Positions 57,721 through 64,000 of a stretch of DNA of 64,000 nucleotides are shown one piece after another. Positions within the stretch are counted from its first letter, which is position 1, and each line of letters begins with the position of its first letter. The notes below the pieces were generated by a model. The model made no database searches, was not told the DNA's origin, and was given only the letters and a program-made list of their open reading frames with translations. The position numbers and the translations under genes are program-made. Location of the stretch: assembly GCA_963662655.2 (NCBI GenBank), contig CAXXTU010000002.1, forward strand, positions 3,392,001 through 3,456,000, written 5' to 3'. Source of the DNA: Candidatus Cloacimonadales bacterium. Its GTDB lineage: Bacteria; Cloacimonadota; Cloacimonadia; Cloacimonadales; JAIOQZ01.

Positions 57721-58059
57721 ATGGAAGCTTACGCAAGAATACGAAACTTACGGGGCTCAGCAAGAAAAGCTCGGCTGGTTCTCGATCTGATTCGCGGCAA
57801 GCGTGTTACGGAAGCCCAGACAATCCTGGCTTTTACACCGAAGCGGGTTGCTGCTAACATCCACAAGCTGCTCAACGCAGCTGTCGCTAACGCCGAGAAC
57901 AAAGAAGGTAAGGCCGAAATCGAGAAGATGCGCGTTCACGACGCATTCGCAGATGAAGGTCCCATTATGAAACGATATCGTTCGCGTGCTCATGGCAGAG
58001 CTACGATTATTCGCAGAAAATCCTGCCATATAACGCTCGGAATATCCGACGATGAATAG
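57721..58059 (+). CDS. rplV: 50S protein L22
   Basis: SARKARLV, RAHGRA. Confidence 0.98.
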   Translation: MEAYARIRNLRGSARKARLVLDLIRGKRVTEAQTILAFTPKRVAANIHKLLNAAVANAENKEGKAEIEKMRVHDAFADEGPIMKRYRSRAHGRATIIRRKSCHITLGISDDE

Positions 58060-58070
58060 GGAGGAATAAC

Positions 58071-58721
58071 TTGGGTCAGAAGATAAATCCGGTATTGTAC
58101 CGACTCGGTATAAATAAAGATTACGACTCCATCTGGTTTGCATCCGGAGCGGAATACGTCGATAATCTGATGGAAGACCTTAAGGTTAAGAAGTACGTCC
58201 AGCAGCGTCTGCATGGAGCGATGGTCTCCAAGGTCCGCATCATGCGCAAGGCGAGTTCGATCAACATTGATATACATACCTCACGCCCGGGTCAGGTCAT
58301 CGGTAAGAAAGGCGCCGAAATCGAAGCCCTTCGCAACGAATTGACCGTCCTCCTCAACAAGGAGAGAGAAGCCAAGCTGAGTGTGTTCATTAACATTCAC
58401 GAAATCAAGAAACCTTGGCTGGATGCCAAACTCGTAGGCATGGAAGTAGCGCGTCAGCTGCGCGAAAGAGTCTCTTTCCGCCGCGCGATGAAAATGGCCA
58501 TCCGCAATGCAAAACGCGATGGCGCTGAAGGCATAAAGATTCAGTGTTCCGGTCGTCTTGGCGGAGCCGACATGGCCCGTACAGAACGCTACCAGGAAGG
58601 CAGAACCCCCCTTCATACCCTCCGTGCGGATATCGACTATGCCGTTACCGAAAGCCAGACAACCTATGGCGTGATCGGCATCAAGGTGTGGATCAACAAA
58701 GGGGAGATCCTGGACAGATAA
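58071..58721 (+). CDS. rpsC: 30S protein S3
   Basis: GQKINP, PLHTLRADIDY; TTG start. Confidence 0.98.
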   Translation: MGQKINPVLYRLGINKDYDSIWFASGAEYVDNLMEDLKVKKYVQQRLHGAMVSKVRIMRKASSINIDIHTSRPGQVIGKKGAEIEALRNELTVLLNKEREAKLSVFINIHEIKKPWLDAKLVGMEVARQLRERVSFRRAMKMAIRNAKRDGAEGIKIQCSGRLGGADMARTERYQEGRTPLHTLRADIDYAVTESQTTYGVIGIKVWINKGEILDR

Positions 58722-58748
58722 CCTCTGGCAGGACAAAGGAGTTAGGTA

Positions 58749-59168
58749 ATGTTAGCACCGAAGAAAGTAAAATATAGAAAAAAAATGCGCGGTCGCCGCA
58801 CCGGTCTCGCATGGCGGGGCTGCAACGTTGATTTCGGTGATTACGGAATCATCGCACTCGAAGACGGCTGGCTCAACAGCCGCCAGATCGAGGCTGCTCG
58901 TGTAGCGATCACCCGTAAGATGCAGCGTAAAGGTAAAGTCTGGATCCGTATATTCCCGGACAAGCCCGTGACGCAGAAACCCGCTGAAACCCGTATGGGT
59001 AAAGGTAAAGGCGCTCCCGAGTATTGGGTAGCGGTCATAAAACCGGGAAGAGTGCTCTTCGAGATCGAGGGTGTCGATACCCAGCTCGCGAAAGACGCAT
59101 TCCGTCTGGCAATGCACAAGCTGCCGATCAAGACCAAGGTCGTGGCGAGAGAAGGAGTTGAGATATGA
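58749..59168 (+). CDS. rplP: 50S protein L16
   Basis: RMGKGKG. Confidence 0.98.
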   Translation: MLAPKKVKYRKKMRGRRTGLAWRGCNVDFGDYGIIALEDGWLNSRQIEAARVAITRKMQRKGKVWIRIFPDKPVTQKPAETRMGKGKGAPEYWVAVIKPGRVLFEIEGVDTQLAKDAFRLAMHKLPIKTKVVAREGVEI

Positions 59169-59359
59169 AGATGGCGGAACTTCGTGATTTCAGCAATGAA
59201 GAATTGATTCAGAAGCTCGAAGACCTTCGGGAAGAGTATTTCAAACTTAGATTTCAGAAGGCGATGAACCGTCTCGAGAATCCGCTTCGCATGAAGGTGG
59301 TTCGCAAAGACATCGCCAGAATCAAAACACTGCAGACCGAAAGAGCGGAAAAGAGGTAA
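59165..59359 (+). CDS. rpmC: 50S protein L29
   Basis: [13 protein letters not shown]. Confidence 0.97.
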   Translation: MKMAELRDFSNEELIQKLEDLREEYFKLRFQKAMNRLENPLRMKVVRKDIARIKTLQTERAEKR

Positions 59360-59361
59360 TA

Positions 59362-59616
59362 ATGGCAACAGGACGCAAGGTTACCAAGGTCGGTGTTGTC
59401 GTTAGCGACAAGATGGACAAAACGATCGTTGTCCGGGTGAAACGTCAGTTTATGCACCCGCTTTATAAGAAGTTCGTGCGCTTGGACAAGAAGTTCAAGG
59501 CTCATGATGAAAAGAACGACTGCCATATTGGCGATACGGTCGAGATTCAGGAATGCCGTCCCCTAAGCAAGCAGAAGCGCTGGGAGCTTTCCAAGATTAT
59601 CGAAAGAAGTAAATAA
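59362..59616 (+). CDS. rpsQ: 30S protein S17
   Basis: SDKMDKT, RPLSK. Confidence 0.98.
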   Translation: MATGRKVTKVGVVVSDKMDKTIVVRVKRQFMHPLYKKFVRLDKKFKAHDEKNDCHIGDTVEIQECRPLSKQKRWELSKIIERSK

Positions 59617-59627
59617 GGAGCATACAG

Positions 59628-59996
59628 ATGATACAGGCCCAGACAATATTGAACGTCGCCGACAACTCCGGGGCGAAAAAGGCAATGTGCATCAAAGTCC
59701 TTGGTGGAACGCGCCGTAAGTATGCAACGGTAGGCGATATTATCATTGTTGCGATCAAATCCGCTACCCCCACCGGCAAGGTGAAAAAGGGAACCGTAGA
59801 ACAGGCAGTGATCGTACGGACAGCCAAAGAAGTACGTCGCCCGGATGGATCCTATATCCGTTTCCAGGACAACGCGGCAGTGATCATCGATGATCGCGGT
59901 GAACCGAAAGCAACCCGTATCTTCGGCCCGGTGGCCAGAGAACTCAGGGAAAAGCACTTCACCAAGATTATTTCGCTGGCTCCAGAAGTGCTGTAG
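59628..59996 (+). CDS. rplN: 50S protein L14
   Basis: [17 protein letters not shown]. Confidence 0.98.
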   Translation: MIQAQTILNVADNSGAKKAMCIKVLGGTRRKYATVGDIIIVAIKSATPTGKVKKGTVEQAVIVRTAKEVRRPDGSYIRFQDNAAVIIDDRGEPKATRIFGPVARELREKHFTKIISLAPEVL

Positions 59997-60005
59997 GAGA
60001 ATGTA

Positions 60006-60323
60006 ATGGAAAAGATGAGAATCAAAAAAGGGGACACGGTTGTCGTAATCACCGGTAAATATAAAGGCGTTAAGGGTAGAGTTCTGAAGGCTTTCCCGCA
60101 GACGCAACGCGTTGTGGTGGAAAAAGTGAATTTCATCAAGAAGCATATCCGGCCCAATCAACAGAATCCCCAGGGTGGAATTGTTACCAAGGAAGCCCCG
60201 ATTCACGTTTCAAACGTTAAATTGATCAACGAAAAAACCGGTGAAGTCACCCGCGCGGTATTCCGCAAGGGAACCGACGGCAAACGTATCCGCGTGTGCA
60301 AGAAAACCGGCGATGAGATTTAA
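60006..60323 (+). CDS. rplX: 50S protein L24
   Basis: KOW motif; EAPIHVSNV. Confidence 0.98.
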   Translation: MEKMRIKKGDTVVVITGKYKGVKGRVLKAFPQTQRVVVEKVNFIKKHIRPNQQNPQGGIVTKEAPIHVSNVKLINEKTGEVTRAVFRKGTDGKRIRVCKKTGDEI

Positions 60324-60333
60324 GGAGTGAGGA

Positions 60334-60876
60334 ATGAACCGGGTCAAAGATAGGTATCAGAAGGAAATCGTTCCTGCACTGATGAAACACTTTGAATATG
60401 CGAATATAAACCAGGTACCGAAGCTGGAAAAGATTATTGTAAGCATGGGTGTCGGCGAAGCGATCCAGAACAAAGCCGTTCTCGACTTTGCAGTCAAGGA
60501 TATGACGCAGGTCACCGGACGCAAGCCCATCATCACCAAGGCAAGCAAATCGATCTCGAACTTCAAGCTTCGCCAGGGAATGCCTATTGGATGCATGGTC
60601 ACCCTTCGCGGTGAAGTCATGTACGAATTCCTCGATCGTCTGATCACCATCGTGATTCCTCGTATCCGTGACTTCCACGGAACGTCTAGGAACTCGTTCG
60701 ACGGTCGCGGCAACTACTCCATGGGTATCAAAGAACAGACCGTTTTTCCCGAAATCGATTACGATAAGGTTGACAAGATTCGTGGAATGAATATCAACAT
60801 CGTTTCTTCGGCGAAAACCGACGAAGAAGGATTCGAGCTGCTCCGACAGCTTGGAATGCCCTTCCGTAAGAAATAA
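60334..60876 (+). CDS. rplE: 50S protein L5
   Basis: PRIRDF, FDGRGNY. Confidence 0.98.
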   Translation: MNRVKDRYQKEIVPALMKHFEYANINQVPKLEKIIVSMGVGEAIQNKAVLDFAVKDMTQVTGRKPIITKASKSISNFKLRQGMPIGCMVTLRGEVMYEFLDRLITIVIPRIRDFHGTSRNSFDGRGNYSMGIKEQTVFPEIDYDKVDKIRGMNINIVSSAKTDEEGFELLRQLGMPFRKK

Positions 60877-60905
60877 GTCATCTGTAAATAGAAGGATGGA
60901 ATTAA

Positions 60906-61091
60906 ATGGCTAAGAAATCACTTAGAGTTAAACAACAGCGCGAACCCAAGTTCAAAGTACGCAAGTATAATCGCTGCAAACTCTGCGGAAGATCTCGGGC
61001 TTATATCCGGCGTTTCGGCGTTTGCCGCCTTTGCTTCCGGAAACTTGTTTCCGAGGGACAGATCCCCGGAGTGAAGAGATCGAGCTGGTAG
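60906..61091 (+). CDS. rpsN: 30S protein S14, zinc-binding short form
   Basis: CKLC..CRLC. Confidence 0.97.
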   Translation: MAKKSLRVKQQREPKFKVRKYNRCKLCGRSRAYIRRFGVCRLCFRKLVSEGQIPGVKRSSW

Positions 61092-61100
61092 GAGGAACAA

Positions 61101-61514
61101 ATGAGCGTTACCGATCCGATTGCAGATGCATTAACGAAAATCAGAAACGCGTACCGTGCGAAGCACATGACGGTTCGTGTCAATCATAGCAGTGTGGTTG
61201 AATCTATCGTTCGGATTCTCTCGGAAGAGAACTACCTGAACAACTACGATCTCATCGAAAGGGATCCGGTGAAGAAGATCAACCGTAAGCAGATATTCAT
61301 CAACTTGAGATATACCAACACCGGCGATGCGGTGATGCGCGGAATCGAGCGCGTCAGCCGTCCTGGACGTCGCGTATACTTGAAAGCCGATAAAGTTCCT
61401 TCGGTCTTCAACAACACGGGTTGCGCCATCATTTCTACCAATCGTGGCGTTTTCACCGATCGCGTTGCCAGACAGGAAATGCTCGGCGGCGAGTATATCT
61501 GTAAAGTCTGGTAG
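61101..61514 (+). CDS. rpsH: 30S protein S8
   Basis: DPIADALTKIRNA, SRPGRRVY. Confidence 0.98.
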   Translation: MSVTDPIADALTKIRNAYRAKHMTVRVNHSSVVESIVRILSEENYLNNYDLIERDPVKKINRKQIFINLRYTNTGDAVMRGIERVSRPGRRVYLKADKVPSVFNNTGCAIISTNRGVFTDRVARQEMLGGEYICKVW

Positions 61515-61528
61515 AAGAGGAGAACGAG

Positions 61529-62104
61529 ATGTCAAGAGTAGGTAAGATACCCATTTCGATCCCCAATGGCGTAAAAATTGATATCAAAGACAACGTGATA
61601 CAGGTGAAGGGCGCGCTCGGCGAGCTGAGCTACAGCTTCCTCCCCGGAATCGTTGTTGAAGAAGTAGAAGGTAAGATTGTTGTAGGGCGTACGGACGACA
61701 CCGTGCCGCAGAGAGCGGCTCACGGCCTTGTACGGGCACTCGTAAGCAACATGATCACCGGCGTAAGCGAAGGGTTCGAGAAGGTTCTCCACCTGATCGG
61801 AACAGGCTACAACGCGGAAGTCGTGAACACGTGGCTCAAACTCACCGTTGGCTATTCGCACGACATCCTGATCGAAATCCCGGATTTCCTGACGGTGTCC
61901 GCCGAACCCGTTCCGCGTTCAAAAGGCTCACGTATCGCCGTGCAATCGATCATCAAGGTGAAGGGAATCAGCAAGGAAGACGTTGGCAAGTTCGCCGCGG
62001 AAATCCGTTCCTGCCGCCCGCCGATCAATTACAACACCGGTAAGGGCATCCGCTACGCCGACGAATTCGTCAAGATCAAACCCGGCAAATCAAGCGCCAA
62101 ATAA
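61529..62104 (+). CDS. rplF: 50S protein L6
   Basis: SRVGKIP, GKGIRY. Confidence 0.98.
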   Translation: MSRVGKIPISIPNGVKIDIKDNVIQVKGALGELSYSFLPGIVVEEVEGKIVVGRTDDTVPQRAAHGLVRALVSNMITGVSEGFEKVLHLIGTGYNAEVVNTWLKLTVGYSHDILIEIPDFLTVSAEPVPRSKGSRIAVQSIIKVKGISKEDVGKFAAEIRSCRPPINYNTGKGIRYADEFVKIKPGKSSAK

Positions 62105-62118
62105 CGGGAGCAATTGAC

Positions 62119-62535
62119 ATGGAAAAGAGTACAACATATAAGAAAACAAAGGCGAGAACCAGACGCCGTGTAGCGATTCGCAAGCACCTTTTCGGTTCCA
62201 GCGAACGTCCACGCCTTTCTGTGTTCCGCAGCTTGAATCACATCTATGCGCAGATCGTGGACGACGAGAGCGGTCGCACGCTCGTGTCCGTCTCCACCGT
62301 CACGAAGGATCTGCGAGCTGAAATCGCCGGGATCAAAGGCGATGCGCAGGATGACAAGAAGAAGACAAAACTCGGCAGGAAGGTCAAGCAGAGTTACCAG
62401 GTCGGAATGAAGCTTGGTGAGAAAGCCCTTGCCGCAGGAATAACCAAGATTGCGTTCGATCGTGGCGGATACAAATACCACGGTCGCGTCAAAGCCCTCG
62501 CAGATGGGGCACGCAAAGCCGGTTTAGAGTTTTAA
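62119..62535 (+). CDS. rplR: 50S protein L18
   Basis: [21 protein letters not shown]. Confidence 0.98.
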   Translation: MEKSTTYKKTKARTRRRVAIRKHLFGSSERPRLSVFRSLNHIYAQIVDDESGRTLVSVSTVTKDLRAEIAGIKGDAQDDKKKTKLGRKVKQSYQVGMKLGEKALAAGITKIAFDRGGYKYHGRVKALADGARKAGLEF

Positions 62536-62545
62536 GGGAGGAACC

Positions 62546-63070
62546 TTGTTGCAGAAAAAGCAAATGACTCAGGAATACGAGATTGAAAAAATCATCGATA
62601 CAAACCGTGTCGCCAAGGTTGTAAAGGGCGGTAGAAACTTCAGTTTCAGCGCCACGGTCGTTGTAGGCGATCGCAATGGTAATGTTGGTGTGGGCTATGG
62701 AAAGGCCAACGAGATCGTGGATGCGATCCGCAAGGCAAAAGAAAAAGCCGGCAAGAGCATGTTTCGCGTTCCGATCGTTCGCGGCACCATTCCTCATGAG
62801 GTTCTGGCAAAGTTCAGCGCGAGCAAAGTCCTGATGAAACCCGCGTCCCCAGGTACCGGCGTTATCGCCGGCGGCCCGATGCGTGCCATCATGGAAGCTG
62901 CTGGAATTGAAAACATCTTGACCAAATCCATGGGCTCTAACACACCTGTTAACGTTGTTAAAGCAACCGTTCTTGGCCTGAAGAGCCTGCGTACCATTCA
63001 GGACGTCGCTCGTCTGCGCGGAAAGAAAGTTTCCGAGTTGACCGGACGGGAGGAAAAAAATGAAGCTTAA
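62546..63070 (+). CDS. rpsE: 30S protein S5
   Basis: [19 protein letters not shown]. Confidence 0.98.
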   Translation: MLQKKQMTQEYEIEKIIDTNRVAKVVKGGRNFSFSATVVVGDRNGNVGVGYGKANEIVDAIRKAKEKAGKSMFRVPIVRGTIPHEVLAKFSASKVLMKPASPGTGVIAGGPMRAIMEAAGIENILTKSMGSNTPVNVVKATVLGLKSLRTIQDVARLRGKKVSELTGREEKNEA

Positions 63071-63245
63071 AGTTACGCAGACCGGGAGCATGATCGGTCA
63101 GAAAGAACCGATGAAGAGAACGCTGAAGGCGCTTGGCCTCGGCAGAATCTCTAAGACGCGGATTCACGAAGATAACGATGTCATTCGCGGGATGGTGAAT
63201 CGCGTATCCCATCTCGTGAAGGTTGAACCTGTAGAAGGAGAATAA
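63060..63245 (+). CDS. rpmD: 50S protein L30
   Basis: [18 protein letters not shown]. Confidence 0.97.
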   Translation: MKLKVTQTGSMIGQKEPMKRTLKALGLGRISKTRIHEDNDVIRGMVNRVSHLVKVEPVEGE

Positions 63246-63246
63246 G

Positions 63247-63699
63247 ATGTTACTTCATGAACTGAAACGTCCAAAAATCAAAAAGAATAAGAAAAGACTT
63301 GGTAAGGGTCAGGGAAGCGGTACCGGCGGAACGGCCGGGCGTGGCCACAAGGGCCAGAAATCACGCTCCGGCGGAAATGTTCCCGATTGGTTTGAAGGCG
63401 GTCAGATGCCCATTCAGCGTCGTCTGCCCAAACGCGGATTCAAGAACATTTTCAAGGTTTCCTATCGTATCGTGAACCTTGAGCAGTTGATGAATGTCGA
63501 TGTAAAAGAAATCGATGTAGCTCGAATGGAAGAGCTGGGAATCGTCAAAAAAGCTGGTAAATCAAATCCACGTCCCGTCAAGATTCTTGCAAACGGAAAA
63601 GAGAATTTCGACAAGACTATGACGATCCGCGCCCACGCATTTTCCGAAGCAGCGAAAACATTGATCGAGAAGAATGGCGGCAAGGCGGAGGTAATCTAA
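63247..63699 (+). CDS. rplO: 50S protein L15
   Basis: GHKGQKSRSG, FEGGQMP. Confidence 0.98.
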   Translation: MLLHELKRPKIKKNKKRLGKGQGSGTGGTAGRGHKGQKSRSGGNVPDWFEGGQMPIQRRLPKRGFKNIFKVSYRIVNLEQLMNVDVKEIDVARMEELGIVKKAGKSNPRPVKILANGKENFDKTMTIRAHAFSEAAKTLIEKNGGKAEVI

Positions 63700-63700
63700 G

Positions 63701-64000
63701 TTGCTCGATAGTATAAAAAACGTTTTCAAGATACCGGATCTGAAGAAGAAAATTCTGTACACGATGTTGTTGCTGGTCATCTATCGTCTGGGTAGCTTCA
63801 TCCCGACACCGGGCGTGAATCCCCAGATCCTGCAGGAAGTGTTCTCGTCACAGTCCAACACGATATTTGGCTTGATGGACCTCTTCGCAGGTGGTAACTT
63901 CGGAAGAGCTTCTATCTTCGCACTTGGTATCATGCCCTACATCACGGCATCCATCGTTTTCCAGCTTCTGGGAAGTATCATTCCATTCCTTGAAAAGCTG
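63701..64000 (+). CDS. secY: Preprotein translocase SecY (3'-truncated by window edge)
   Basis: TTG start, LDSIKNVFKIPDLKKKILYT..IPTPGV..SIFALGIMPYITASI. Confidence 0.97.
   Translation, partial: MLDSIKNVFKIPDLKKKILYTMLLLVIYRLGSFIPTPGVNPQILQEVFSSQSNTIFGLMDLFAGGNFGRASIFALGIMPYITASIVFQLLGSIIPFLEKL

Overview
The window has two parts. Bases 1 to ~27.4 kb are the right portion of a temperate prophage, bounded by an integrase next to the 3' end of a tRNA-Arg(UCG) (27422-27498, minus strand). In order it contains: the end of the tail module; a leftward accessory block (tandem paralogues, XRE proteins, a phage-borne DNA polymerase III beta clamp, ArdC); a resolvase-like tyrosine recombinase; an SH3 protein; an iteron-like GTGAC array interrupted by an intact IS3-family element; a CI repressor with palindromic operators; and a replication operon (primase-helicase, GemA/Gp16-like protein, second tyrosine recombinase, two Xis-like HTH proteins, Dam-type methylase, ASCH protein). 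From ~27.6 kb it is host chromosome: three secreted proteins with a FlgD-Ig/'PNPFNP' C-terminal domain (suggesting an FCB-related lineage such as Cloacimonadota, by inference), dusB, a TrmH methylase, HD-GYP, FliA plus HDOD, an ABC exporter, two SurA/PpiD chaperones, then tuf and the S10-spc ribosomal protein genes into secY. The most notable observations are a tail-module protein with an apparently split 2[4Fe-4S] ferredoxin, a perfectly stacked four-way-junction element at 48850-49039, a ~175-nt rod-like hairpin upstream of fliA, the IS-interrupted candidate origin, and three tyrosine recombinases in one prophage. All calls come from motif recognition by eye; no database searches were run.
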